Source: Eledone cirrhosa
Taxonomy: Eukaryota
Length of the DNA stretch: 64,000 nt
NCBI GenBank assembly: GCA_964016885.1
Contig: OZ024747.1
Span: 55,924,001 to 55,988,000, forward strand
Direction: 5' to 3'
A model generated the notes under the pieces. The model did not search any database, was not told the DNA's origin, and saw only the letters and a list, made by a program, of their open reading frames with translations. The translations under genes and the position numbers were made by a program. Below are positions 38,930-53,146 of this stretch, piece by piece; position 1 is the first letter of the stretch; every line of letters begins with the position of its first letter.

Positions 38930-39845
38930 AGATGTAAAAAAGGTCCCCAGCGCTAGTAATAGGTCAAGACTAGATGTATAGTGTAACCCCCCACCCCCAC
39001 CCTTCAAAAAGTAGGTAAAACTACCAAGGCTGGATGTAAAATGTAAACATCTAAAGAGGGTAATAGGCCCAGGCCAGATGTAAAATGTAAACACCTAAAG
39101 AGGGTAATAGGCCCCAGCCAGATGTAAAATGTAAACACCTAAAGATGGTAATAGGCCCAGGCCAGATGTAAAATGTAAACATCTAAAGAGAGTAATAGGC
39201 CTAGGCCAGATGAAAAATGTAAACACCTAAAGAGGGTAATAGGCCCCAGCCAGATGTAAAATGTAAACACCTAAAGATGGTAATAGACCCAGGCCAGATG
39301 TAAAATGTAAACACCTAAAGATGGCAATAGGCCCAGGCCAGATGTAACATGTAAACACCTAAAGAGGGTAATAGGCCCAGGCCAGATGTAAAATGCAAAG
39401 ACCTAAAGATGGCATTAGGCCCAGGCCAGATGTAAAATGTAGACACCTAAAGAGGGTAATATTCCCCAGCCAGATGTAAAATGTAAACACCTAAAGATGG
39501 TAACAGGCCCAGGCCAGATGTAAAATGTAAACATCTAAAGAGGGTAATAGGCCCAGGCCAGATGTAAAATGTAAACACCTAAAGAGGGTAATAGGCCCAG
39601 GCCAGATGTAAAATGTAAACACCTAAAGATGGCAATAGGCCCAGGCCAGATGTAAAATGTAGACACCTAAAGATGGTAATAAGCCCTGGCCATATGTAAA
39701 ATGTTGACCCTACAAAGATGGTAATAGGCCCAGGCCAAATGTAAAATGAAGGTTCCCCAAAATTAGTAATAGGTTCAGGCCAGATGTAAAATGTAGACAC
39801 CTAAAGCTGGTAAAAGAACCTAGGACAGATGTATAATATAGACCT
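38930..39845. repeat. 44-bp minisatellite, ~20 copies
   Basis: Unit GGCCCAGGCCAGATGTAAAATGTAAACACCTAAAGAGGGTAATA, starts spaced 44 bp (39066, 39110, 39154...). Confidence 0.95.
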
Positions 39846-40299
39846 TGCAAATATGGCATTATGCCCAGTTACTTGTTTAACTAACCACACCTCAGTTGTC
39901 TAACTATCTGAGGTAATGCATGGCAAAATAAATAAATTATTGTTGCAGATGCTGTTGTTAATGTTGATATGTAGTTGCTTAACCTAGTGGTTACAGTGTT
40001 AAATACACAATCATTAAGGTCACGAGTTTGATTCCTGGACCAAGTGGTATACTTTGTTCTTGACCAAGATACTTTATTTCCCATTGCTTTTCATGAAAGA
40101 ACTGGTGAGGGTGGAGCTATCATTAAACCTCCCAAGAAATCTCCCAAGAGGTGTAATCTCATAGGAAACCAGCTAAACCTACAAATGTCTGACCTATAAA
40201 ACTTCTTCAATGGTGGTGATGATGAGAAAGAAAAGATGGATGTTATATTTCTTTATTTCCTTTGATACCTAGAAGAAAGAGAAGAAAGGAAATATATGC

Positions 40300-40850
40300 C
40301 TGGGTACTTTTTTGTCATAACACCTGCTCTACCACCTTACAGTGAGTATTGGGGGAATTGTATTGGCACACCAGCACTACTACTTTGGAGAGTAGGCTGG
40401 GTGTCACCAACACTATCAGCTCAATGTGGGATAGGTGCTTTTTGTTATGACACAAGCACTGCCACATTACAGGGTGGACTGTGTACTGTTTCTCATAGCA
40501 CCAGCACTACCTCTTTACGGGACTTGACAAGGTGCTTTTTTCTCATAACACCAGCACTACATTTACAAATGGACGGGGTGCTTTTTCTCCTGACACCCTC
40601 AGCACCAGCTTCCAAGGTGTGTTGAGTGCTTTTTAGCATTGCACAAACTTTATGTCTTTACAGGGTGAGCTGGGTGCTTTTTGTCATGGCATCACGACTA
40701 TTATCTTTCGCGGTGGACTGGGTGCTTTTTGTCATAGCACCAGGACTATCACCTTTCAGGGTGGACTTGGTGTTTTTTGTCATGGTACCAGGCCTATCAC
40801 CTTTCTGGGTGAACTGAAGGTTTTTTGTTGTGGCACCAACTCCACCATCA
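40300..40850 (-). repeat. Degenerate ~40-45-bp tandem array derived from the SINE-internal AAAAAGCACCCAG module
   Basis: Repeated GGGTGCTTTTTGTCAT..CACCAG.ACTA..CCTTTACAG units. Confidence 0.7.
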
Positions 40851-41669
40851 TATAGGGAAGACTATGTAAAACAACATAAATGAATTACATACGAAATAAA
40901 TATTTTCCATTCAATGTACCATCCACCCCAACTGACTGGCTCTTACTCTTTGTCTAGTTTTAGTTTAGCATTCACCTCTACCTTCTTTACATCTATTTCA
41001 TGGTGTTTTTCTTCCCATTTTGTTTTTCAATTATATTCTCAAGATTTCCTTTCATCATCTCCAACACAAAATTTTCATTCAACTCCTCATTACCATCATC
41101 ATCAACATCATAAAAATGTTATCATGTCCCTCATCCACCTCATCTTATTCTTCCTCCTCATTATTATTATCATCATCACCACCATCTTCATTGTCATCAT
41201 CATTTCTATCATCACCATCACAAAATCTTCATCTTCCCCCTCCTCATCTTCAACACACCTCCTCCTCCTCCTCCTCCTCCTCCTCCTCCTCCTCCTCCTC
41301 CTCCTCCTCATAATCAACATCCTTGTTATTATCAACATCATCATCCTCATCTTTCTCATTCACCTCATCATCCTCTTACTCTTTTTCATTATCATCATCA
41401 TCTTCAACATCAACATCAATATCATTGCCATCATCATTATCACTCATCATCATCATTATCACTACACCTCACCCCACCTGTCTCATCCTGCTGTTTGCTG
41501 CTTCTGCTTACATTTTGTACCTATCGGCCTCCTTGAAGATGGAAAACAACTTAAATTTGTTCTGATTCTCATTTATTTCCTGCTTTTATTTATTCATTAT
41601 TTTTTTATGCTATTTACATTAATTTCCCCTTATTATCCCATACATATATACACCTTCCAATCCCCTATA

Positions 41670-41705
<36 letters not shown>

Positions 41706-41743
41706 TGTATGTATGTATGTATGTATGTATGCATGTATACATA

Positions 41744-41779
<36 letters not shown>

Positions 41780-41983
41780 TGTATGTATGTATGTATGTAT
41801 GTATGTATGTATGTATGTCCAAACACACACAGAGATATGAAGTGTGTGTGTGTATATTTTTCTGGTAGTCTTGCAAAACATCCAAAACATCCCAATAACA
41901 GAACTCTCCCACCCCTCCAAATTGTTGTGTCCATGGTAAACATATTTCCAATATTTGCTTTTCTTTAGCAATAGTAACTGTCT

Positions 41984-42030
<47 letters not shown>

Positions 42031-42544
42031 CTCACTAAACACAACTATTATTTCTACTTTTTTCCTTGCTTTTATTTTTGCTTTGAATTAGTTGTTTTAC
42101 CACTTATCTGTTCTCATTAATTCACTTAACGTCCCACTGAGTACATCTTAACTGTAATATATTTCATTGGTACAACTAAAGTATCACTACCTATTATATT
42201 ATTTTGGTATATATATTTACTTTTAACTAAATATAGTGATGAAAATATACAACTTAACTATTTATCTACAGCAAAACATCGTTAAAAAATAATGATTACA
42301 TTGGACTAGACAGAAGGTCAATAATTATAATTATTCATTTATCATTAGCAATAGAATTGATTATAGCAACTGAAGTATATTACAACAAAGAGATAGTTTC
42401 TATGTTGTAGGGCAAAGATCTATGAGAGTTGTTATGTTGTAAGGCAAATTTAGATCTGTTAGAAATAGGAACCAAAGGATCGATCGACTTTTATCAAATC
42501 GGACCGAGGAAAAAATGTTTTCGTCAGTTTTTCCAGTTGCTAAT

Positions 42545-42695
42545 ACTATCTATCCGTCGCAACTCCAGTTAGAAGGAGCAACGTGAAATAAAGTGTCTTG
42601 CTCAAGGACATAATGCATTGCCTGGTCCAGAAATCGAACTCACAACCACAAGATTGTGAATCCAATTCTCTAACCACTCGGCCACATGCCTTCAC
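42545..42695 (-). mobile_element. tRNA/CORE-like SINE 5' part
   Basis: GTGAAATAAAGTGTCTTGCTCAAGG...ATCGAACTC...CTAACCACTCGGCCACATGCCTTC. Confidence 0.75.
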
Positions 42696-43069
42696 TATAG
42701 GAACCAAATCCCCCTTAAATAATAGTTTCTACATTTGGCACAAGACAAGCAATTTTAAGGGGAAGGGAAACTCGACCAAATCGATACCAGTTCGTTACTG
42801 GTACTTTATTTTATGACTTATTTTATTTTATACTTTATAACAGCTCTGCCAAATCAAAGTCCAGACAGACATGATGGATTATATGAAACTTGGTCAAGGC
42901 ATAGAGAAAAACACATACTGACTGGAAGGCCTGTGGCCTTTGATTTGTTCAATTAGGTTATTTAAACAACAAAATGATATTCACATAGTCAACTAACCTG
43001 CTAGAAATAGCAGCCAAATCAACCACCTCTAATCACAGCCTACTGTGTTAAAAGAATGAAATACTGTAA

Positions 43070-43505
43070 AGTGTTTGTGTAGGTGTCATGACAAAAAGCA
43101 CCCAGCCCACTCTGTAAAGTGTTCATGTTAGTAACTTGGCAAAAAGTGCCCAACCCACATCAAAAGTGGTCATGTAGGTGTCACAACAAACAGTTCCCAG
43201 TTCACACAATAAAGTGGCTATGTAAGAGTCACGATAAAAAGTGCCCAGTCCACACTGTACAGTGTTGGTGTAAGTGTCCCAACAAAAAAGCACCCAATCC
43301 ACTCTGTAAAGTGGTCAGGTAGGTATCACAACAAAGAGCACCAAGTACACACTGTAAATGTGGTTGGTGTTAGGAAGAGCATCCAGCTGTAGAAAACCCG
43401 CCAGACAGTCCTATGCGAGCAAGACAACCACTCTTGCCTCAAGTGGGAAAACTCCTGTCCAAACCCATGCAAGCAGGAATATGGACGTTAAACAATGATG
43501 ATGAC
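43070..43505 (+). mobile_element. SINE-A-like 3' module preceded by ~6 tandem copies of an internal ~48-bp unit
   Basis: GTGTCAC.ACAAAAAGCACCCAGTCCACACTGTAAAGTGGT repeats, then GGTTGGTGTTAGGAAG and tail near-identical to 18675-18830. Confidence 0.8.
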
Positions 43506-44048
43506 GATAGAGAGAGAGAAATAATATATTGTGATTATACTATGTGTATAATTCAATCATATACCATACGTTACAATGATAGAGATTTTTAAACATTTAA
43601 GTTGTCTTTTAATATGAAACATTCACTAAACTACTGATAAAATTTGGCTTCAGCTTTAAATCAAATCATCAGCAGGCACCGAATTGAAAATGTATGTATA
43701 GAATATCTGACTATCTATTTATCTAAAGATATATACATACATACAGCGAGAGATGCCTATATATATGTATGTATGTACATATGCATACATACATAAATGT
43801 GTGTGTATTGTGAGTGAAACTAAGATCATTTATATATATATATATATTGTTATACTTGAGGAGCGTCATATTCGTGTAATATTGCCAGAATTAATAACAG
43901 AACACACTCACTGTTTGGTTGATTTTCGTTTTTCGCTTCTGTGTCTTTTATATTGGTTAATTTAATTTATTCAGTCCTCAATGTTGCCATTGACTGACCA
44001 ACGGTCAAAAATACATATACAATATAGACATAAACACATATATATAGT

Positions 44049-44093
44049 CTATCAAAGTTCTTTCATTGCACATCTGCAACATCGTCAGTGGTG
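44049..44093 (-). ncRNA. Degenerate minimal hammerhead motif
   Basis: Minus strand CACCA-CTGACGA-T-GTTGCA(GATG)TGCAAT-GAAA-GAAC-TT^TGATA; 6-bp stem II, stem I partly mismatched. Confidence 0.55.
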
Positions 44094-45199
44094 CTATTGT
44101 TTCCTCCCGTTGCATCGTATGTCTACGCCTAGTATAACAATATTTGTTTCGACACATAATTTCATATCAAAAACCTCGCAAAACTATATATATATATATA
44201 TGAGAGATTTAAAGAGTGAGACACTATACATTATCAAGCTATATATATTTCAAAGTAGTCCTTGTGGCTTTCTACCCCATCCCACCACTTCTCATCAAAC
44301 AGTGTCTGTGTGTTTAGATAATTAAAACTTCTAGAACAAACATTTCAAGTCCTGTGAAAACAGAAGGTTAAACTTAGCTGAAAGGACAACACAATATGTA
44401 AACAATAGATTTTGAAAGTGAAACTGAAAGTAAAATTAAAATAAAATAACATTTTCCAATTATTCTAGTTCATTATAAATAATTCAATGTAAAAGATTGA
44501 GGCAAACAGATGGTGGTGGAAGTAAGAGTGTAATTGATGATGGTGGTGGGGGGTGGAGGAGGTGGTAAGAGTGGCATTGATAGTGGTGGTGGTTGGTATG
44601 AGTGGCATTGGTGTTGGTGGTGATAGTGGTGATACGATAAGAAGTGGTGGTGGTGGTGTTAGGATTGGTTATGGTGGAGAAGGGATTTAAAAATTATAGC
44701 TTCCTTTTATAAAATCATCTTTTGTTCTGATACATTGCTTGTATGTATATATGTATATACATGGGTGAAAGTATTCATAATGAGTTTGATTCCCTGGTGG
44801 TGTTTTGTATCCTTCATAAAAACACTTTATTTCACATTGCTCTAATCCCCACATCTGAAAAAAATATGTTATACCTGTAATTCATCGCACCAGTCTTGTC
44901 ACACTCTCTGTCATACAGAATCCACATGAGAAATGAGGTTTCTTTGGAATCATCAATCATTTGCACTTTAATTGTTCATGCAGGCTTCTCCTTTGATCAA
45001 ACAACTGGTTGATGAAAGCACTTACATCATATGTGTGTGTGTGTGTTTGTGAGTAAAGTGACGGAAGGACAGTCATCATAATTTTGTAGATGTTTAAAAT
45101 TCCTAGTTATATATGATAGAGCGTTAAAATAATACCTGATATAGAACAAAATATGAACTTTACAGTAAAAAAGCCTATTTTATATAATAAAACATGACA

Positions 45200-45855
45200 G
45201 TTACTTAAAAATGTTGTCTTGCTGTCTGTGAGATGATCCAGCAAAGAAACACATATAACTCAATTTTTAGGATATTATGTTTATATACATGCATTGCTAA
45301 CTGTGAAAGAATGCCTTATAATGTTCTACCTCCCCATGAGGTATGTTATGGTAACCAGAACAATCTGGAATGCACTATGGAAGACAACATTTAAAACTAA
45401 TAAGGAGGAATATGTTCAGATTGGTGGCTCAAAGGAATACTCATGGAACATTCAAATGAAAATGCCACTAAATTAAAACACAGCCAACCTGATATGTGAA
45501 TGTAATAAGAAATATATAAAAAGAAGAGTATACCTATGGACTACTGATGAGGAATTTGCTGATCAAAATAAATGTTCAGCTTCCTACTTATTAATAATTA
45601 CTGCTGTATAGGATATATACCAAACCACATGGACCAAATTATGATTGAACTTAGATTTGTGGACAAAAAATGTTGCTCCTTAATACATAAGCTATAAATG
45701 GCCACAATATTTGGAACCTTCAAAATCTGTAAAACATTCTTACACTTAAAAGGAGGAACAATCACACAAAGGATGATGAAAAGTTTCTTTTCTTTACAAC
45801 CTTACCACTGGGAAGGTGGTTGGTAAAAAATCAACTTAAAATTGAGAAAAAGACA
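45200..45855 (+). mobile_element. Decayed RLE-type LINE 3' region (same family as 22617-22912)
   Basis: YLPMR...IWNAL, KEYSWN, KLKHSQPD, GTFKICKTFL and shared 3' UTR CTTTACAACCTT.CCAC..GGAAGGTGG. Confidence 0.75.
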
Positions 45856-45879
45856 CCACCGTATATATATATATATATA

Positions 45880-45927
<48 letters not shown>

Positions 45928-45998
45928 GGAATACTGTTGGCTTCTTGCTACAATACTTTCTATACCTTTCATTTATATATATATATATATATATATAT

Positions 45999-46310
45999 GA
46001 AAAATGGCGTGCTGCGTTGTTGCAAATGGGATACATATGAATAAAATTAGAGCAAGAAGACAGGACTGTCCGTCATCAGTGATCTTCCAGCCATCATTGG
46101 TATTTCTTCGCATTAAAGACCATATACCTCAGGCTGGTGCAAGCAATAACTAAAAAAATTTTATTGGGACAGGTAGAATTGGGTGTAGAAAGCGGGACAT
46201 GTAAACAAACAGAGATAGTAATAACAACAGAAAGAGAGAAAAAAGAGAAGCAAGTCCATGATATCTGTGAACTTAAGTTCGATCAAATCGTGGACGAGAA
46301 GAGAAGACAT
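45999..46310 (-). mobile_element. Second copy of the unclassified ~300-bp (TA)n-embedded element
   Basis: Aligns with 8345-8625. Confidence 0.75.
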
Positions 46311-46439
46311 ATATATTTATATATATATGGAATGTCTATCGTGTGTATACCTGAAGAACCACAAATGAGGTTAGTACACATTGCGTGATGGGATGCATTA
46401 TGGGTATAAAAATGAGCCCTTGAAATTACTTGTGAAAAC

Positions 46440-46822
46440 AATTCAGTATTCATGCCAACCCTTAATTATGGTCATGAATCTTGGGTAATGGCCAAAAAAA
46501 CAATTGTGAATACAAGCAGTCAAAATGGGTTTCTACCGAAGAGTCTGTGGAGTAATGTCACAGCTCCAATACTATGGGCATGTGGTTAGAATGTCTCAGG
46601 ACAGATTTTATGGGCGAGATTTTATGGGCGAGACAAATTGGCAGGAGACCCAGGGGTAGACCGTGAGCAAGTTAGTTGGATAACATCCATGAACTTGGCT
46701 TGTCTCAGTTGGGGAACCAACAAGATCAGTTGGAAATGGTTGTGTTTGACAGGACCAGCTGGAGGGAGTGTTTGAGGACTCTGTTCACACAACTCTCTCA
46801 GGAATAAATGGGCGAAGAAGAA
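46440..46822 (+). mobile_element. Rex3/Expander-like RTE 3' fragment
   Basis: YGHESWVM motif; nucleotide similarity to 755-1145. Confidence 0.8.
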
Positions 46823-47006
46823 CAATAACCACAATTTTTAATGGCTGGGCTTACTGTTGGGATTCCTCCTCATCATGCTACCAACTATACATTGAGTACT
46901 ACCCTGATTTGTGGTCTTTCTTGTCTACAACTGTATTTGTAGAGCACTAAATCTGATCCTTTTCCACCACAAGACATTACTTCCATTTTTTTGATTCAAC
47001 ACATGC

Positions 47007-47074
<68 letters not shown>

Positions 47075-47080
<6 letters not shown>

Positions 47081-47190
47081 GAAGTCTGATGAGCTTTTGA
47101 TTCCAGAGTCGGACCAGATTGAGCTGATCAATTGGGAAACATGCATCACTACTCAATAAACCTAATGAAGACCTAACACTTTGCCATTTT
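47075..47190 (+). mobile_element. (TA)n-embedded element with degenerate hammerhead
   Basis: AGT-CTGATGA (47086-47092)...GAAA-C-ATGC-A-TC^ACT (47136-47150), AATAAA at 47155; second copy at 4880-5030. Confidence 0.6.
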
Positions 47191-47198
47191 TATCAATA

Positions 47199-47233
<35 letters not shown>

Positions 47234-48455
47234 GCTAATAACAATATGTACCATTGACTCCTGCATTTGTTTGTTTGTCATTTTGAACTATATATAATAT
47301 ACACATATATACACACAGACACACATATATATATATGATCACAGCCTAAAACCTAAAACTAATCAAAGAATATAGATGTGTGTGTGAGTATGTATGTGTG
47401 TGTGTGTGTGTGCATACAAATTCATGTAAATATATATACTTAGATATTTATTTATACACACAAATATAGAAAATATTTATTTTTGCTTTTATTTTAATTT
47501 CTTTGTAGTCTCTTTGATTTTAGTACAAAAAATTATATTTTTATAATAAAACCACTGTTCCTTCCAACCCTTCCTACTCTTTAATACCAACCAATGTTAA
47601 GTTACCCTTATTATCTACAGTGATGAGCTTGTCAGCCAAAACAACCAACGTTCCAGAAACTCAGCCAGCAAGCTACCTTATTATTCTCTCAGAGTTTATT
47701 ATTATATTAATTAATTATTTTATTAATTAATTTATGACTGTAAGGACACTTGATTAGCACTTCCAGAAAATAAACAACAATACCAACAACAATAGCTGAA
47801 CAAAATTTAAACAGAAGCAAAAAATATGCAGAAATTAAAAACAACAATAAAAGCAAATAAGACAACACAACATCATAAACAAGTTCACAGCAATAAACAG
47901 ACCAGTTAATCAACAAAAGCACAACAACTTTAATGTCTATTTTTGTTTATTGTGTGCCAACACTCAAAGCAAGAGTAATTAGCTCTTCTATGGCTTTCTT
48001 GTTCTGCAGTTTTAAATGTTACACTTGCTTGTCGATCACTTCAGCTCCTTGCCTGCTACAGAGGCTTGTTGTTGTCATTTTTGTTGTTGATGTTGTTGTT
48101 CTTGTCAATTTGCTTTTGAAATACTTAGGCCTTAAATATAATTTCTTGAATATTGCTAAGGGCTAAGGTTATGAAGTATACATACACAAATCTCCCTCCC
48201 CCAACATACACACAAACACACACATACTCATATACATATATATATATACAGCGAGAGAGAAAGTGAGAGAGATAAGCATGTATATACATATATATATATA
48301 TATGTGTATGTGTATGTGTCTATGTGTATGTATGCTTGTATATATATATATATATGGGGGGGGGGTATGCTTATGTGTGTAGAATTTGTAAACTAAGTTA
48401 CTCACATGAGCTCCAGTTAATATATAATTTTAATGTCAAAGTTGTATATATACAG

Positions 48456-48495
<40 letters not shown>

Positions 48496-48506
48496 ATGTA
48501 TGTATG

Positions 48507-48577
<71 letters not shown>

Positions 48578-49003
48578 ACGACTCCTGACATTAAACTTTT
48601 ACTCAAGCTGAACGTTTTTTAGATTAAATTTTTCAATTTTCCATTCCTGCTTATCTTTTCGAAAACTGACGCATTCATCTTTGTAAACAAAATATTAAAA
48701 AATCATAATAAAAAGTAAATAAAAGAAAACAAATACAAACAAAAAAATATCAAAATATAACAAAATATGGAATTATGATAAATAATAATAATAATAATAT
48801 TATCAAGTGTACAAATTGAAAAAAAGAAGCAACTAAAAGAAAGGACTGACATTTTGTTTCTTTGTGTGTAAAGATTAAATTTATAATGTGACAGAAAAAA
48901 TAAGTGCAGAATATAAAATGAACAGAAATTTTGAAATGAAAAAAAAAAACAGAATCTGAAAATCAGAAATTAAACATACCAATGTGTGTGTATATATATA
49001 TAT

Positions 49004-49190
49004 ATAGGAAAAAGCATGACCCCGACGGCAGAGCTCAAGCCGTTTCAATGGCTATTTCTGGAATAGACCATCGAAACGGCTTGAGCTCTGCCGTTGGGGG
49101 TCATACTTTTTCCTATTTCCCACTCTACTACCCTAAGTATTGAGTACTCTGGTACGTTATGGTCCATTTGGTTCCTTACCACAATTCCTT

Positions 49191-49195
<5 letters not shown>
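49004..49195 (+). mobile_element. Penelope-type terminal fragment with fold-back and hammerhead 3' half
   Basis: Arms 49004-~49055 / ~49060-49116; GAAA-CGGC-TTGAGCTCT-GCCG-T(T/C); tail TATTGAGTAC; (TA)n both sides. Confidence 0.7.
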
Positions 49196-49236
<41 letters not shown>

Positions 49237-49237
49237 G

Positions 49238-49269
<32 letters not shown>

Positions 49270-49317
49270 TTAGTATATATATATTAGTATATATATATGT
49301 ATATATATATATATATT

Positions 49318-49369
<52 letters not shown>

Positions 49370-49375
49370 TATATC

Positions 49376-49407
<32 letters not shown>

Positions 49408-49531
49408 TTAGTATATATATATGTATATATATATATATATATATTAGTATATATATATGTATATATATATATATATATATTAGTATATATATATGTATAT
49501 ATATATATATATATATTAGTATATATATATG

Positions 49532-49604
<73 letters not shown>

Positions 49605-49605
49605 G

Positions 49606-49682
<77 letters not shown>

Positions 49683-51219
49683 GTGTTTGTGTGTATGTAT
49701 GTATGTATGTATGTATATATGTATATACAACTTTCTAAAATTGGAAAAAAAAACTGAAGCAAAATTCAAAAAAATATTTCAAGAACAACTGTAATAATGC
49801 TATTTCCTACAACAACAACAAACATCATAACAATAAACAATGTAATATTTTCACATAAATAATATTATGGCCAGGAAAATAGGCTACTTTCTCAAAGAAG
49901 GAATCAATTTTTGTAACAGAATTTCTAAACAAAATTTAATGATATAAAATACACAAAACTACATTTTATATATTCATATAGCAACTCTTTTTTAAGTGGC
50001 AACCTGATACATTCAGTAACATGCACAACCTTGGTGGCCCGACAAGCTGAAGATCACAAGCTATCTGATGTGTCAGACACGTTCCACTAGTTTTGTTGTC
50101 GAATCTGTAGCAGTGGAGACTTCTGAAATTCTTGAACCTTAAACCACCTCTTTACTCCTTCCTATCAGGATGGATTTGGATACCAAAGCTAGAATGGCTA
50201 ATTTTAACATGTCTCCTTGCTATCATTTGAGATAACACATTGTGTATTCTATCTGGACCATGAGACATATTGTAACTAGCGTACTGCATGCAAGAGAATG
50301 TTCTTCCACACTGTCCAGGCTTGTATCATTATGGGGGTAGTGATAGTATTTTAAACTATGCTAACCTTCAGATGAGGGGCTAGAAACAGCAATCAACCCC
50401 CTTTCATATCATATGCTAAAACAGGAAGGACACATTGAATAAAGTACTTGTATATATATATATAATATCTTGAAGGTTTTTACCATAGTTCTATGCACTG
50501 AAAGCTGACCAACCTTTAGACAACAGCAACCCCTCATAGACAAATAGAGCTAAGACAAAGGCAAAATAAAGCAAGTTTGACAGAAACACTGATAGATTAC
50601 AAAATGAAGATGAAAAACGAAATTTACAGTTCACACCCATACAGGTTTAGCTGGCCCCTTCTACGTGGTTGTGGTTCACAAGTGATTTCTCAAATGTATA
50701 AAAGATAGGGGATCAATGCTTATGTATCAAGAAAAGTATTTTGTTCAAGAATGGAGCTCATCTCTCACCTGGTCCAGGAACCAAACCCACAATCTTATGA
50801 ACATCATTCCAATACCCTAACCACCAGGTCACCTGACTTATATGTATATATATACATATAAGTGTGTGTGTATGTGTATGTATGTGAGTGTGTGTGTGTG
50901 TGTGTATACATATATCGATAAAGAAAGAGAGAGAAAGGTAAATGTATAGAGTTATATTTTTATAATTATTTATGTTTTAAGGGGAGCTTTTTAAGTGAAG
51001 TGATTCTGACTCTAACATCAACAATAATTGGCCCTGTAATTTCTACTTTGAGAAGTAAAAATCAATAATGTTTATAGAGAATTATTTTCTTAACCTCAGC
51101 TGACCATTTACCAACAACGTTTCATACAGCCAGCATTATAAAAACCTTAAAGGTAACATCAAATGACTTTGTTGAGTCACACAATTCTGCCATACTCATC
51201 CTAATTGACAAGGAAGTTT

Positions 51220-51260
51220 ATATATATATGTATATATATATATATATATGTGTATATATA

Positions 51261-51299
<39 letters not shown>

Positions 51300-51364
51300 A
51301 TATATATATGTATATATATACACTTAGATATAAATATATATGTGTGTGTGTGTGTGTATATGTG

Positions 51365-51449
<85 letters not shown>

Positions 51450-51466
51450 GTGTATATATATATATA

Positions 51467-51517
<51 letters not shown>

Positions 51518-51854
51518 GTATGTATGTATATATATATATGTATATATATATATGTATATATATATGTATATATGTATATATATATATGTATATATGTATA
51601 TATATATATGTATATATATATGTATATATATATATGTATATATATATGTGTATATATGTATATATATATGTATATATATATGTGTATATATGTATATATA
51701 TATATGTATATATATATGTGTATATATGTATATATATATGTATATATATATGTGTATATATGTATATATATATATATGTATATATATATATGTATATATA
51801 TATGTGTATATATGTATATATATATGTGTATATATATGTGTATATATATATGTA

Positions 51855-51920
<66 letters not shown>

Positions 51921-52043
51921 TGTATATATATATATGTATATATACATGTATATATATATATATGTATATATACATGTATATATATATATATGTGTGTAGA
52001 TACATATGTATATGTGAATATATATATACACACATTATATATG

Positions 52044-52111
<68 letters not shown>

Positions 52112-52115
52112 TATA
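51220..52115. repeat. ~900-bp interrupted (TA)n microsatellite
   Basis: Direct reading; similar tracts at 17815-18205 and 49195-49690. Confidence 0.95.
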
Positions 52116-52181
52116 AACATTTGTTCTTGAACATTTGACTTTGAGCTGTAAACAAGACCAAAATTCTCTCTCAAGTAACAA

Positions 52182-52212
<31 letters not shown>

Positions 52213-52802
52213 AATAAATGAAAAGGAATAAAAACTCCAGTAAACACTAACTCACTCATACACACACTCTCTCACCATCTTTCTCTCTCTCTCTATTTCT
52301 TACACATACACACATACACACATACAAATAAACTGTGATGAGAATAAAATGAAGTAAAATCAAGCAATCAAATTTAATGAGATCAGGAAATCAAACATTT
52401 CCGGTAAGAAAAAAGAATGTATTTCTCTTTATTGTTTCTTTTCTTGTTGTTGTTGTTGTAGTTGTTGTTGTTGTTGTTGTTGCTGTTGCTGTTGCTGGCG
52501 GTGGCGGTGGTGTTGTAGTTGTTGTTGTTATTTCTGCTGTTGCTCTAGTTGTGATGCTGATGTTGCTGTTGATATTATTGCTGTTTATTGGTGTTGATGT
52601 TGTTGTTGCTCTAGTTAATGCAGTTGATGTTATTGTTGCTACTCTTAATGTTATTGTTGTTGCTGTTGACACTCTTGCTGTTGTAAGAAATAACTAACAA
52701 CAAATCTTCTTTCCATGTGATTAATTGTTAAGCCAGCTACAGACATGAAATTTTCTAAAACATTTGAAAACTTAACAATAAAAATGAACCAAAATTTACT
52801 AT

Positions 52803-53146
52803 ATCATCATCATCATCATTTCATTTTACGTCTGCTTTTCCCTGCTTGCAAGGGTGGGATGGGAACTGATTCTGGCTTGATTTCTACAGCTGGATGCCCT
52901 TCCTAACACCAACCTCATTTACAGTGAGTGCTGGGTGCTTTTTTGCCGTGGCACCTCCACGACCACTTTGCAGTGGAATGATAGGGACCCCAGTCCCTAT
53001 CATCTCATTTCTACAGCTGAGTAAACTGGAGCAATGTGAAATAAAGTGTCTTGCTCAAGGAAACAACACATCACCCAGTCTGAGAATTGAACTCACAACC
53101 TTTCGATTGCAAGGCCAATGCTCTAACCACTAAGCCATGTGCCTCC
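52803..53146 (-). mobile_element. SINE family A, full length
   Basis: Reverse complement of the consensus. Confidence 0.92.

Noticed and set aside
38930-39845. Regularly spaced repeat resembling a CRISPR array
   Set aside because: Units are contiguous with no unique spacers; eukaryotic context; no cas genes.
46345-46410. TATAC-CTGAAGA...GTATA hammerhead-like arrangement
   Set aside because: GAAA box missing and stem II unclear.
52894-53133. Recurrent 79-aa ORF MPFLTPTSFTVSAGC... (also 5063, 12835, 17563, 34792)
   Set aside because: Antisense translation of SINE A; recurrence reflects repeat copy number.
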